Of a stretch of 64,000 nt of DNA, positions 1 to 9,817 are shown one piece after another. Where the stretch lies: positions 20,411 through 84,410 of the forward strand of contig QHSU01000057.1 in assembly GCA_003220535.1 (NCBI GenBank). Direction: 5' to 3'. The stretch's first letter is position 1, and the number at the start of each line of letters is the position of its first letter. The translations under genes were made by a program, and so were the position numbers. Origin of the DNA: Candidatus Rokuibacteriota bacterium (GTDB lineage Bacteria; Methylomirabilota; Methylomirabilia; Rokubacteriales; CSP1-6). The notes beneath the pieces were generated by a model. The model had not been told where the DNA came from and ran no database searches. It worked only from the letters and a program-made list of their open reading frames with translations.

Positions 1-1
1 T

Positions 2-688
2 AACGACCCGGACCTGATCGACCAGCTCGGCACGCTCGACGTGGACGGCATCTGGCTGGAGGGCGAGCACGGCGGCGTCGACTACGCCGACCTCGGCAAC
101 CTGACGCGGGCCTGCGACCTTTGGGGAAAGACCTCCGTCGTCCGCGTGATGGACAATGACTACGCCACGATCTACCGTACCCTCGATCGCGGCGCCCAGG
201 GCATCTGCGTGCCCCACGTCAACACCCGCGCCGAGGCCGAATCGGTTGTCGCGGCCGGAAAGTTCGCGCCGCTCGGCAAGCGCGGCATGTACACAAGCCG
301 CCAGGGCTTCGGCGTGGGCGACTATCTGAAGACCGCCAACGACCAGAGCCTGCTGATCGTCTTGATCGAGGACATCGCCGCGGTCAGGAGCCTCGACGAG
401 GTCGTCAAGGTCGACCACATCGACTGCTTCTTCGTGGCGCCGAGCGACCTGGCGACCTCGATGGGCCAGATCGGTAACCCGGGACACCCGGAGGTCCAGC
501 AGACCATCGACGGGGCGATCAAGAAGATCATCCAGTCCGGCCGCGTGGCCGGCACGCTCGTCAACGTCACCAACGTCGAGCGCTACACACGGCTGGGCGT
601 GCGCCTCGTGATGACCAGCTTCTTTCCCTGGATCCAGGCCGGTGCGAAGGATCTGATCGACCGCGCCGCGGGCGGCGCCCGGAGCTGA
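2..688 (+). CDS. HpcH/HpaI-family aldolase, 5-prime end lies outside the window
   Basis: The frame is open from base 2 with no start codon. The translation ...LDVDGIWLEGEHGG...CVPHVNTRAEAE...FFVAPSDLATSMG fits the HpcH/HpaI TIM-barrel aldolase pattern. Confidence 0.7.
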   Translation, partial: NDPDLIDQLGTLDVDGIWLEGEHGGVDYADLGNLTRACDLWGKTSVVRVMDNDYATIYRTLDRGAQGICVPHVNTRAEAESVVAAGKFAPLGKRGMYTSRQGFGVGDYLKTANDQSLLIVLIEDIAAVRSLDEVVKVDHIDCFFVAPSDLATSMGQIGNPGHPEVQQTIDGAIKKIIQSGRVAGTLVNVTNVERYTRLGVRLVMTSFFPWIQAGAKDLIDRAAGGARS

Positions 689-693
689 CGCGC

Positions 694-1647
694 ATGGCCA
701 CGGTAGAGACCGCGCTCGGCCCGGTGGCTACGACCGAGCTCGGCCCGACGCTGATGCACGAGCACATCGTCACGCGCTCGCCCGGGGTGCAGGAGAACTG
801 GCCCCACCTCTGGGACCGCGAGGCCATCCTCGCGATCGGCGAGCGGAAGATGGCCGACCTCCACGGCCGGGGCATCCGCGCGCTCGTCGACCTGACCACC
901 GTCGATCTGGGCCGCGACATCGACTTGATCGTCGGCGTGGCCCGCCGGTCGCGCGTTCACGTGATCGTCGCCACCGGGGTCTGGTGGATGCCGCAGCGAT
1001 ACTTCAGCGCCCACGGCGTCGATGCAGTGGCCGAGCTGTTTATCCGCGACATCACCCGAGGGATCGGCACGAGCGGCGTCAAGGCCGCCATCATCAAGTG
1101 CGCCACCGACACCGCCGGCGTGACCCCGGTGATCGAGAACATCCTGAGAGCCTCCGCGCGGGCCCAGAAGGCGACCAGGGTGCCGATCTCGACGCATACC
1201 TGGGCCGCGGGCAGGTCCGGCGAGGCGCAGCAGGCGATCTTCGCGCAGGAGGGCGTCGATCTGAGCCGGGTCATCATCGGCCACAGCGGCGACAGCGCCG
1301 ACCTGGGCTATCTGCGCGGGCTGATGGAGCGGGGGAGCACGATCGGGATGGACCGCTTCGGCCTCGAGCACTTCTTGCCGACGGCGAAGCGGGTCGAGGT
1401 GCTGGCCCGGCTCTGCGCCGAAGGCTATGCCGGCAAGATGGTCCTCTCGCACGACGCCAACTGCTGGACCGACATGGTCTCCGAGGACGACAAGCGCCGG
1501 ATCCGCCCGCTCTGGCACTACAATCACATCTCCGACGACATCCTCCCCGCGCTTCGCAACGCGGGCGTCACCGAAGATCAGATCGAGCAGATGCTCGTGC
1601 GTAACCCGCGCGCCATCTTCGAGGCGCCGAAGAAAGCAAACGCGTGA
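694..1647 (+). CDS. Phosphotriesterase-related protein (PTE/Php amidohydrolase-fold hydrolase)
   Basis: 317 aa. The N-terminal GPTLMHEHIV carries the H-x-H metal motif. The length and the ...IIGHSGD... and ...LSHDANC... blocks are typical of the PTE family. Confidence 0.8.
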   Translation: MATVETALGPVATTELGPTLMHEHIVTRSPGVQENWPHLWDREAILAIGERKMADLHGRGIRALVDLTTVDLGRDIDLIVGVARRSRVHVIVATGVWWMPQRYFSAHGVDAVAELFIRDITRGIGTSGVKAAIIKCATDTAGVTPVIENILRASARAQKATRVPISTHTWAAGRSGEAQQAIFAQEGVDLSRVIIGHSGDSADLGYLRGLMERGSTIGMDRFGLEHFLPTAKRVEVLARLCAEGYAGKMVLSHDANCWTDMVSEDDKRRIRPLWHYNHISDDILPALRNAGVTEDQIEQMLVRNPRAIFEAPKKANA

Positions 1648-3719
1648 TGCCGGTCATCCCGGGCAGCAAGCTCATGTTTTGCGCCCAGAATGGGCTTGCT
1701 GTCGCGATGCTCCTTGTCCTCGCCACGGCGGCCGGCTGCGTTCCCCGTCCCGCTGCCACCAGGGCGCCCGAGCGTGCGTCGCCCGAGGTCGTTGCGTCCA
1801 TGGCTGCCTCGACCGAGGGCCAGCCCGCCGACCGCCAGGTGACGCTTCCGTCGGGCGCCACGCTCAAGGTTGCCGCCGACTGGACGGTGACCGCGGTCAA
1901 GGACGGGCTCACCCTCGAAGATCCCGAGAGGCAATTGAAGGTCGAGCTGGTGGAGGTCGCGGCGAGCGTCGGGATGAACGACGCCATCGCCGCGGCCTGG
2001 CTGCGCCGCCGCCCGGACTTCGACCGGCAGGAGCTCGCCTCTTCCGACTCACCCGGCCGCGAAGGCTGGGACCTGTTCCACTGGTCCCGGTACAAGACCT
2101 CTCCGGCGGAAGCGCGCAGGGTCTCGGCGTTCGCCGCACGGAAGGGTGCGCTCGCGGTCGTCGTTCTGATCGACGGCCCTCTCGCGGCGGCCCAGCGGCG
2201 CAGCTCGCAGATCGCGCTCGTCCAGGACAGCCTGCGTCCCGCCGGTTACGTCCGCGAGACCTACATCGGCCGAACGCCGAGGCCCCTGAACGCGGCGCGC
2301 GTGGCCTCCCTGAAGGCGTTCATCGATCAGATGCGCGAGGCGGCCGACGTGCCGGGCGTCTCCGTCGTGCTCTTCGACAAGGACGCCGTGCTCATCGAGC
2401 AGGGCTTCGGCGTTCGCGAGCGCGGCTGGCCCGAGCCCGTCACCGCCGACAGTCTCTACATCATCGCCTCGAACACCAAGTCGCTCACGACGCTCTTGCT
2501 CGCCAGGCTCGTCGACGAGGGCCGTTTCGCCTGGGACACGCCGGTGACGCAGATCTACCCCGCGTTCCGGATCGGCGATCCCGACGTCACCAGGCGCATC
2601 CTCCTGAAGCACCTCGTCTGCGCGTGCACGGGCCTGCCCCGACAGGATTTCGAGTGGCTCTTCACCTTCGAGCGCTCATCGCCGCAGGGGCAGCTCGACG
2701 TGCTGGCGACGATGAAGCCCACGACGGAATTCGGCGCGCTGTACCAGTACAGCAATCCGCTCGCCTCGGCCGCCGGCTACATCGGCGCCCGCTCGCTCAA
2801 GCCCGACGGCGAACTCGGACAGGCCTACGATGACATCATGCGCGACAAGGTGTTCCGTCCGCTCGGGATGGATCGGACCACGTTCTCCTTCGACGAAGCG
2901 CTGCGCACCGACCACGCATCACCACACTCCTGGGACATGTCGCTGAGGAACGTGCCCATCGACATGGGGCTGAACCACTCCATCATTCCCGTTCGCCCCG
3001 CCGGCGGGGCATGGTCGAGCGTGCGGGACTACGCCCGCTATGTCCGCCTCGAGCTCGCCCGCGGCCGGCTCCCGGACGGTGCGCCGTTCGTGACCGAGAA
3101 GAACCTTCTCGCGCGGCGCGTCCCGCAGGTGCGGGTCGGTGAGGAGTCCTGGTACGGCATGGGGCTCTCGCTCGAGGACGTCAAGGGCATTCGCGTCGTC
3201 AGCCACGGCGGCTCGATGTTCGGCTACAAGAGCAACTTCTTCGTCGTCCCGGACGCCGGAGTCGGCGGTGTCGTTCTCACGAACGCGGATTCCGGATGGA
3301 ACGTGACCCGGGCGGTCATGCGCCGAACGCTGGAGCTGATCTACGACGGCAAGGCCGAAGCCGAGGAGGATCTGCTGTCGGCGGTCCGTGAGTCCCGGGC
3401 GTTCCTGATGGGCGCGCAGAGGGACTGGAAAGTCCCTCCCGAAGCCTCCGAGGTGAAGCGCCTCGTGGGCTCGTTCCGGAACGCGGCGCTCGGCGAGATC
3501 GTCGTCCGCGCCGGCCAGGACGACCTCGTGTTCCAGTTCGGCGGCTGGAAGAGCCGCATGGCCACCAGGCTGAACCCGGACGGGACCACGTCCTTCGTCT
3601 CGATCGATCCGGGAGTCCGTGGCTTCGAGTTCCACGCGGCCGCCGCCAGCGGGGCCTACAGGCGGCTGACCGTCCGTGACCCGCAGCACACCTACGAGTA
3701 CGAGTCGTCGGATCGATGA
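1644..3719 (+). CDS. Serine hydrolase of the beta-lactamase/PBP-like family, probable lipoprotein
   Basis: 691 aa. The signal peptide has a lipobox (LATAAGC). The S-x-x-K motif is present in IIASNTKSLTT. The start overlaps the upstream stop (GTGATG). Confidence 0.75.
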   Translation: MMPVIPGSKLMFCAQNGLAVAMLLVLATAAGCVPRPAATRAPERASPEVVASMAASTEGQPADRQVTLPSGATLKVAADWTVTAVKDGLTLEDPERQLKVELVEVAASVGMNDAIAAAWLRRRPDFDRQELASSDSPGREGWDLFHWSRYKTSPAEARRVSAFAARKGALAVVVLIDGPLAAAQRRSSQIALVQDSLRPAGYVRETYIGRTPRPLNAARVASLKAFIDQMREAADVPGVSVVLFDKDAVLIEQGFGVRERGWPEPVTADSLYIIASNTKSLTTLLLARLVDEGRFAWDTPVTQIYPAFRIGDPDVTRRILLKHLVCACTGLPRQDFEWLFTFERSSPQGQLDVLATMKPTTEFGALYQYSNPLASAAGYIGARSLKPDGELGQAYDDIMRDKVFRPLGMDRTTFSFDEALRTDHASPHSWDMSLRNVPIDMGLNHSIIPVRPAGGAWSSVRDYARYVRLELARGRLPDGAPFVTEKNLLARRVPQVRVGEESWYGMGLSLEDVKGIRVVSHGGSMFGYKSNFFVVPDAGVGGVVLTNADSGWNVTRAVMRRTLELIYDGKAEAEEDLLSAVRESRAFLMGAQRDWKVPPEASEVKRLVGSFRNAALGEIVVRAGQDDLVFQFGGWKSRMATRLNPDGTTSFVSIDPGVRGFEFHAAAASGAYRRLTVRDPQHTYEYESSDR

Positions 3720-4696
3720 CCGACCTCCCGATCTCGCTCACCTGCGCCGACTATGCGCGCGTGATGCCTCTCGCGACCGGCGCCGTGAAGCCGGAGGGGA
3801 TCGCGCTCACGATGATCCTGGGCAGCCGCGGCTCGTGGCCGGCGCGCGCCGAGATGCTCCGTCGCGCCGTGCAGGATGCCGGGGTGCAGGGCGGCGAGTG
3901 GTCGATGGCGCAGTACCTCTACCGCATCGACAAGGGCGATCGCCGCTACGTCGGTCTCCCCGTGTTTCCGCTGCGCAACTTCACGGCGCGCGACCTGTAC
4001 GTCCGCCGGGGTGGCCCGATACGCCAGCTCAAGGACCTGGCCGGCCAACGCATCGGGATGTACAGCTACACTGCGAGCGGCTCCATCTGGTACCGCCACT
4101 TCCTGCGCTTCATCGGTCTGGACCCGGCTGCCATCCGGTGGTGGATCGGCGACATCGACACGCCCTGGTCCGCGCCGATGGACCAGACGCTGCCATCGGG
4201 CGTGAACGCGCCAGCGAAGGGCAGATCGTTGTCGGACATGCTGGTCGCCGGCGAGCTGGAGGCGATCTACAGCCCGCCGCGCCCCGAGGCCTACCATCCC
4301 AGGACGGGTCCGATCGTGCGCCTGTTCCCGGACTTCCGCTGGATCGAGCAAGAGTACTTTCTCAAGACCGGCGTGTTCCCGCCCCAGCATCTGATCGTCA
4401 TCCGGCGCGAGGCCTGGGAGGCGAACCGGTGGATCGCCCGGAGCCTCACCGACGCGTTCAAAGCCGCCAACGATTGCTTCACCGCGGCGCAGAAGGGGTT
4501 TCCGTACGCCACACCGTGGCTCGAAGCTGAGCTCGAGGACACGGTGGCCGTGATGGGTGAGGACTTCCATCCCTACGGACTCGAACGGAACCGAGCGCAG
4601 ATCGAGGCGTTCGCCGGCGAGGCCTTCCGGCTGGGTCTGACGAGCCGTCAGGTCACGACCGAGGAGTATTTCGCCGACTACCTGCAAGGAGGTTGA
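3716..4696 (+). CDS. 4,5-dihydroxyphthalate decarboxylase-like protein (periplasmic-binding-protein/NMT1-like fold, cytosolic)
   Basis: 326 aa with no signal peptide. The blocks ISLTCADYARV...G.VKPEGI and ...LFPDFRWIEQEYFLKTGVFPPQHLIVIRRE resemble the PhtD-type decarboxylase family as I remember it. There is an ATGA overlap with the upstream gene. Confidence 0.55.
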   Translation: MTDLPISLTCADYARVMPLATGAVKPEGIALTMILGSRGSWPARAEMLRRAVQDAGVQGGEWSMAQYLYRIDKGDRRYVGLPVFPLRNFTARDLYVRRGGPIRQLKDLAGQRIGMYSYTASGSIWYRHFLRFIGLDPAAIRWWIGDIDTPWSAPMDQTLPSGVNAPAKGRSLSDMLVAGELEAIYSPPRPEAYHPRTGPIVRLFPDFRWIEQEYFLKTGVFPPQHLIVIRREAWEANRWIARSLTDAFKAANDCFTAAQKGFPYATPWLEAELEDTVAVMGEDFHPYGLERNRAQIEAFAGEAFRLGLTSRQVTTEEYFADYLQGG

Positions 4697-4700
4697 ATCG

Positions 4701-5663
4701 ATGCCGGTCATCCTGGGCACGGGCGCCTATCGCTACGAGGTCGTCGACCAGTGGGCCAAGCTGCCGCCGGGGCGGGAGTTCAACGCCGATGTCGCCGCGG
4801 TCGGGGTCGACAAGCAGGACCGGGTGTATGCGTTCAACCGCGGCCAGCACCCGATGGTCGTGTTCGACCGCGACGGCAATTTTCTGCGTTCATGGGGCGA
4901 AGGGGTGTTCCGGCGTGCGCATGGCGTCCACATGGCTGCCGACGACACGCTCTGGCTGACCGATGACGGCGACCACACTGTCAGGCACTGCACGCTCGAC
5001 GGCAAGGTGCTGCTGACACTCGGCATCCCCGGCACGCCGAAGCCCTACATGAGCGGCGAGCCGTTCCACCGCTGCACGCACACGGCGCTGTCGCCGCAGG
5101 GCGATCTCTACGTCTCCGACGGCTACGGCAACTCGCGCGTCCACAAGTTCGCCCCGAACGGCACGCTGCTCCGCTCGTGGGGCGAGCCCGGCACCGATCC
5201 GGGCCAGTTCAACATTCCGCACAACATCTGCTGCGACGCCGACGGCTGGGTCTACGTCGCCGACCGTGAGAACCATCGCGTCCAGGTCTTCGACGGCCAT
5301 GGCAAGTTCGAGGCGCAGTGGAACAACATGCATCGCCCCTCGGGCCTGTTCATGGAGCGCGGGCCTCACGGGCGCTTCTACGTCGGCGAGATCGGCGGCG
5401 GCATGGGCGTGAACTACGACATGCCCAACATCGGGCCGCGAGTCAGCATCTATAGCCACACGGGCGAGATGCTGGCGCGGCTGGGCCATCGCCCGGCCGG
5501 GCTCGAGCCGGGCCAGTTCATCTCGCCGCACGGGCTGGCCGTCGACTCGCGCGGCGACGTCTACGTCGGCGAGGTATCGTTCACCAACTGGGGCAATCGC
5601 TACAAGGGCCAGCCCCACCCGCCGGGCCTGCGCAGCCTGCAGAAGCTCGTCAAGGTTCGCTGA
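4701..5663 (+). CDS. NHL-repeat six-bladed beta-propeller protein (peptidyl-alpha-hydroxyglycine lyase-like)
   Basis: 320 aa. It contains repeated ...D..G.VYVAD..NHRVQVF-type NHL blades. A strong SD (AAGGAGG) lies 8 nt upstream of the ATG. Confidence 0.7.
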   Translation: MPVILGTGAYRYEVVDQWAKLPPGREFNADVAAVGVDKQDRVYAFNRGQHPMVVFDRDGNFLRSWGEGVFRRAHGVHMAADDTLWLTDDGDHTVRHCTLDGKVLLTLGIPGTPKPYMSGEPFHRCTHTALSPQGDLYVSDGYGNSRVHKFAPNGTLLRSWGEPGTDPGQFNIPHNICCDADGWVYVADRENHRVQVFDGHGKFEAQWNNMHRPSGLFMERGPHGRFYVGEIGGGMGVNYDMPNIGPRVSIYSHTGEMLARLGHRPAGLEPGQFISPHGLAVDSRGDVYVGEVSFTNWGNRYKGQPHPPGLRSLQKLVKVR

Positions 5664-5871
5664 CTCCTGGCGACGACGACCGTCCCGAAGCTGACGCCCT
5701 CGTCCGTCTAGCGTGCCACACTGTCGACATTCGGTCACGGCTTGCAGGTTGGGCCAGCCGCCGATTCGATCGTAAGTCGGCACCATGCCGAATCTTTCTG
5801 GCCCCAGCGGCGGGAATCGATCCCCGGGTACCATTATTGCTGGAATCGACCGTGGAAGTCAGATAACGGCC

Positions 5872-5887
5872 CCAGAGGATCCTCTGG
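5872..5887. promoter_or_regulatory. Perfect 16-nt palindrome CCAGAGGATCCTCTGG abutting the SD of the beta-helix gene
   Basis: Read directly from the sequence. The palindrome ends at the first G of the GGAGGGGAG SD and lies 16 nt before ATG 5903. It could be an operator or an SD-proximal hairpin. Confidence 0.3.
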
Positions 5888-5902
5888 AGGGGAGTGAATT
5901 AA

Positions 5903-7810
5903 ATGAAACTAGAGACCAAAGCCGCCATGCGCTTGGGTGCTTGGCTCGCCGGGCTCCTGATCCTCGCCGTCCCCGTGGTTGCCCACGCGCAATCATGGTC
6001 CGGCATCATCGCCCGGTCGCGTGCGACGGACTGGAGCGGGGCCGGCGCGGCGATCCAGACTCGGAACACAGTCTGTCAGACGATCGCTCCATACTCCGGC
6101 TCGGCGGCGACCATCAACAACGCCATTGCCGCATGTCCAGCGGGCCAGGTCGTGCAGCTCGGGGCCGGGACTTTCAATCTCTCGACGGGCGTAGAACTGG
6201 GCAAAAGCAACGTTACCCTCCGCGGCGCTGGGGCCAGCTCCACCCTCCTCGCAATCAGCGGCCTGACCGGGAGGAGCTGCCATATCGGTGCCGGGCGCGT
6301 ACTCAACATGTGCTCGGACGGCGGGGGCAATATCGGCGTCGACAGCGCCGAGCACACCGCGAACTGGACAGCGGGCTACGCCCAAGGGACAACGGTCGTG
6401 ACGCTCAGCAGCGTCACGGGCCTCCAGGTCGGCAGCACGCTGTGGCTTGATCAATTGGATGATCCGGCCGATGGCTGGCCCCTGCTTGGCGACCTCTACA
6501 TCTGTGACGTCGGTTCTCCGAACTGTGGCAACAACGGCACTGGTGAATCCTATGCGCGAGGATCACGAGGCCTGACGGAAGGCCAGATCGTCACGGCAAT
6601 CAACGGGAACCAGGTCACGATCTCGCCTGGGGTCAGAATGCCGAGTATCCGGGCATCGCAGAGTCCTGGGGCTTGGTGGGGAAACGCCGCCACCATTATG
6701 CAAAATACCGGGTTGGAACATCTGACCGTCGATTTCACGAATGCCGGGGGGGCGGCCGGGGCCTTCATCATCAACTGCACGCATTGCTGGGTGAAAGGCG
6801 TCCGGTTCATCAAGAACAATGAAGTTGGAAGCAACGTCCACCACCTTTTCACCGTGAACGCGATGAATGTGTCGATCGTGGACAACTACTTCTACGGTCC
6901 CAACACGACTCAGCTGGTCTCGATCTATCAGAACGCCATTCACGTGACAAGCAACTCGCTCATCCAGAACAACATCTATCACACGGCTTCGTCTTCTATC
7001 GTGCTGAACTCGACCCACTGGGGCAACGTCGTCTCGTACAACTATTTCGATAACGACGTCCAGCCGGGCATCATCCTGCACGGCGTAGGCGGCATGAATC
7101 TGCACGAGGGGAACAACGCCAACAATTTCTCGGGCGACACCATCCACGGCCCGCACTTCTTCGATACGCTCTTCCGCAACCATCACGACGGCCGCGCGCA
7201 CAACCCGAGCGAGACGGAAACAGAGGCCGCGGTGACGCTGTATTCCAACAACCGATTCTTCAATATCATCGGCAACGTCTTCGGCGCGCCAAACTGGAGC
7301 CGCTACCAAAGCAATCTCGGGCAAGACCAGGCGGCGATCTATGTCCTCGGGTGGCGGGGCACGGGCAGCGGCACTCCTGTACCCGACGACGTCAACGTGC
7401 TCCGGACCATCATGCGGTGGGGCAATTGGGACAACGTGAACAACGGGGCGCGGTTCGTTGCGAGCGAGGTACCGAGCCTGATCGGGAATTTCGCGAATCC
7501 CGTGCCGGGGAGCCAAGCGCTCCCGGCGTCGTTCTATCTCTCGGCGCGACCGGGGTGGTTCCAGACGCCCTGGGCTACGCCGCCGTGGCCGCCGATCGGC
7601 CCGGACGTGACGGGCGGCAATGTGGCGAACTCTGCGACCGGGGGCCATGCGTACAAGATACCGGCGCGGCTTTGCTTCGAGAATACGGGTGTGGATCCCG
7701 CCTATCCTTCGAGCAGCCCTCGAATCCGGCAGTTCAGCGCCGGCACGTGCTATGGGCAGGCCACGCAGCAGGCTATACCTGCGGCTCCAGGAGCCCCATC
7801 CCTTCAATAA
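5903..7810 (+). CDS. Secreted right-handed parallel beta-helix protein (pectate-lyase-superfamily-like), in a lower-GC patch
   Basis: 635 aa. The Sec signal peptide ends in VVAHA-QS. Beta-helix-type turns recur (INCTHCWVKGVRFIKNN, VSIVDNYFYG, NSLIQNNIYH, NVVSYNYFDN). Sampled lines are about 52% GC, against about 70% in the neighbours. Confidence 0.6.
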   Translation: MKLETKAAMRLGAWLAGLLILAVPVVAHAQSWSGIIARSRATDWSGAGAAIQTRNTVCQTIAPYSGSAATINNAIAACPAGQVVQLGAGTFNLSTGVELGKSNVTLRGAGASSTLLAISGLTGRSCHIGAGRVLNMCSDGGGNIGVDSAEHTANWTAGYAQGTTVVTLSSVTGLQVGSTLWLDQLDDPADGWPLLGDLYICDVGSPNCGNNGTGESYARGSRGLTEGQIVTAINGNQVTISPGVRMPSIRASQSPGAWWGNAATIMQNTGLEHLTVDFTNAGGAAGAFIINCTHCWVKGVRFIKNNEVGSNVHHLFTVNAMNVSIVDNYFYGPNTTQLVSIYQNAIHVTSNSLIQNNIYHTASSSIVLNSTHWGNVVSYNYFDNDVQPGIILHGVGGMNLHEGNNANNFSGDTIHGPHFFDTLFRNHHDGRAHNPSETETEAAVTLYSNNRFFNIIGNVFGAPNWSRYQSNLGQDQAAIYVLGWRGTGSGTPVPDDVNVLRTIMRWGNWDNVNNGARFVASEVPSLIGNFANPVPGSQALPASFYLSARPGWFQTPWATPPWPPIGPDVTGGNVANSATGGHAYKIPARLCFENTGVDPAYPSSSPRIRQFSAGTCYGQATQQAIPAAPGAPSLQ

Positions 7811-7990
7811 GCGCTCCTCTGGCTGACCGCTGACGGCGACCACGCCGCCAGGCACTGCACGCTCTCGACGGCAAGGCGCTGCTGACGGCCTTGCCGTCGA
7901 CTCGCGTGGCGCCGTCGTGCGCGAGAACCTCGCTCGCGGAGCCGACCGCGCCATCCTTCCCCCACGACGATTGCGCACGGCGTGGACGTC
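7811..7990 (+). pseudogene. Decayed partial copy of the NHL-propeller gene (internal deletion of about 500 nt plus a frame-breaking indel)
   Basis: 7818-7886 aligns to 4951-5027 at roughly 90% identity with a 2-nt insertion. 7888-7930 aligns to 5535-5575 at roughly 85% identity. No intact frame remains. Confidence 0.6.
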
Positions 7991-8080
7991 GGCGTTATGC
8001 TCAGGCATGCTGACGGCAGGACGGCGAGCCGCAGGCTCAACCTTGTTCACCACTGAGTCGTGATCGACGGAGGGGTACCC

Positions 8081-8740
8081 ATGGCATTGCGGATCAACAG
8101 CGAGGCACCGAACTTCACCGCCGAGACCACCCAGGGCCGCATCACGTTCCACGACTGGATCGGCAACGGGTGGGCCATCCTCTTCTCGCACCCGAAGGAC
8201 TTCACGCCGGTGTGCACGACCGAGCTCGGCTACATGGCGGGCCTGAAGCCGGAGTTCGACAAGCGCAACTGCAAGATCATCGGCCTCAGCGTCGACCCGG
8301 TCGGCGATCACCAGCGCTGGTCCAAGGACATCGAGGACACGTCAGGTCACGCCGTGACCTATCCGATGATCGGCGATCCGGAGCTGAAGGTGGCGATGGC
8401 CTACGACATGCTGCCGGAGAGTGCCGGCACGACCTCTCAGGGCCGGACCCCCGCCGACAACGCGACGGTGCGCTCGGTGTTCGTCATCGGGCCGGACAAG
8501 AAGGTCAAGGCGATGCTCACGTATCCGATGTCGACGGGCCGCAACTTCGACGAGGTGCTGCGGCTGCTGGACTCCTGCCAGCTCACGACTAAGCACAAGG
8601 TGGCCACCCCGGTCAACTGGAAGCAGGGTCAGGACGTCATCATCGTCACGTCGGTCTCCGACGATGAGGCGAAGAAGACGTACCCGTCGGGCTTCAAGAC
8701 GGTGAAGCCCTACCTGCGCACCGTCGCCCAGCCGAAGTAG
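8081..8740 (+). CDS. 1-Cys peroxiredoxin (Prx6-type)
   Basis: MALRINSEAPNFTAETTQG...FSHPKDFTPVCTTELG carries the peroxidatic Cys motif. GGAGG lies 7 nt upstream of ATG 8081; the track ORF starts earlier, at a GTG. Confidence 0.9.
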   Translation: MALRINSEAPNFTAETTQGRITFHDWIGNGWAILFSHPKDFTPVCTTELGYMAGLKPEFDKRNCKIIGLSVDPVGDHQRWSKDIEDTSGHAVTYPMIGDPELKVAMAYDMLPESAGTTSQGRTPADNATVRSVFVIGPDKKVKAMLTYPMSTGRNFDEVLRLLDSCQLTTKHKVATPVNWKQGQDVIIVTSVSDDEAKKTYPSGFKTVKPYLRTVAQPK

Positions 8741-8756
8741 CCGCGACGCATGCTTG

Positions 8757-8788
8757 CGCCGGTGGCCGCAGCGCCCGGGCCACCGGCG
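8757..8788. terminator. GC-rich hairpin between convergent genes (11-bp stem, 10-nt loop), no clean U-tract
   Basis: CGCCGGTGGCC (8757-8767) pairs with GGCCACCGGCG (8778-8788). The hairpin lies between the prx stop (8740) and the ABC ATPase stop (8801). Confidence 0.35.
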
Positions 8789-8800
8789 CACTCGTTCGGC

Positions 8801-9817
8801 TCAATCCACACCCGCGAGGTGAAGTTCGTAGGCGCGGTGGCAGCTGACGAAGTGGCCGCGAGAGATCTCTTGCCACGCCGGCGCCTGGGTCCGGCACACC
8901 TCGATCGCGTGCGGGCAACGCGGATGGAAATAGCATCCGGGTGGGGGAGAGGCCGGGTTCGCCACCTCCCCTTGCAGCACGATGCGCCGCGAGCGTGTGC
9001 GTGGATCGGGCTCGGGAACGGCAGACAGCAGCGCCGCCGTGTAGGGGTGCTTGGGGGCGTTGAAGATCTCGTCGGTCTCGGCCAGTTCCACGATACGGCC
9101 GACGTACATCACCGCCACGCGATTGCTGATGTATCGCACGACACTGAGGTCGTGCGCGACGAAGAGATACGTCAGCCGAAAGTCAGCCTGCAGGTCGAAC
9201 AGGAGATTCAGGATCTGGGCCTGCACCGAGACATCCAGGGCCGAGACCGGCTCGTCCGCGACCACCAATCGGGGATGCAGAGCCAGTGCCCTCGCGATGC
9301 CGATGCGCTGACGCTCGCCGCCGCTGAAGGCATGGGGGAACCGCCGCATGTACTCGGGGCGGAGCCCGACCCGGCGCAAGAGGTCCGCCACGCGGTCTTC
9401 GCGCTCCCGTCGGCTCTTCATGCCGTGGACGAGCAGCGGCTCGCCGACGAGGTCGAGTAGCGTCATGCGAGGGTTGAGCGAGGTGAACGGGTCCTGGAAG
9501 ATCATCTGCATTTCGCGACGCAGCGCGCGCAGCTCCGCCCGGCGTAGCCGGCCCATCTCGACCACCGAGCCTCCCGACACCCGCATGAAGATCTCTCCCG
9601 CGGTCGGCTCGATGGCTCTCAGAATGCAGCGGGCGGTCGTGGTCTTCCCGCAGCCACTCTCCCCGACGAGGCCCAACGTCTCGCCCTCGTCGATGTGGAA
9701 GCCGACGCCGTCGACCGCGCGGACATAGCCCACCGTCCGCTTCAAGAAGCCTTTCCGAATGGGGAAAAGCTTCTGCAGCCCCGCGACCCGTAGCAGGGGC
9801 TCTCGCAGCGTGCTCAC
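8801..9817 (-). CDS. ABC transporter ATP-binding protein (OppF/DppF-like)
   Basis: 338 aa. Walker A is GESGCGKTT, the signature is FSGGERQR and Walker B is LVVADEP. The C-terminal oligopeptide-type extension has Cys residues. Confidence 0.9.
   Translation of the reverse strand: MSTLREPLLRVAGLQKLFPIRKGFLKRTVGYVRAVDGVGFHIDEGETLGLVGESGCGKTTTARCILRAIEPTAGEIFMRVSGGSVVEMGRLRRAELRALRREMQMIFQDPFTSLNPRMTLLDLVGEPLLVHGMKSRREREDRVADLLRRVGLRPEYMRRFPHAFSGGERQRIGIARALALHPRLVVADEPVSALDVSVQAQILNLLFDLQADFRLTYLFVAHDLSVVRYISNRVAVMYVGRIVELAETDEIFNAPKHPYTAALLSAVPEPDPRTRSRRIVLQGEVANPASPPPGCYFHPRCPHAIEVCRTQAPAWQEISRGHFVSCHRAYELHLAGVD

Noticed and set aside
6563-8311. A 582-aa minus-strand ORF spanning the beta-helix gene, the NHL relic and the start of the peroxiredoxin gene.
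   Set aside because: Its composition is Arg/Pro/Ala-rich with no motifs. It is antisense to a signal-peptide-bearing beta-helix protein and to the peroxiredoxin, and it crosses obvious gene boundaries.
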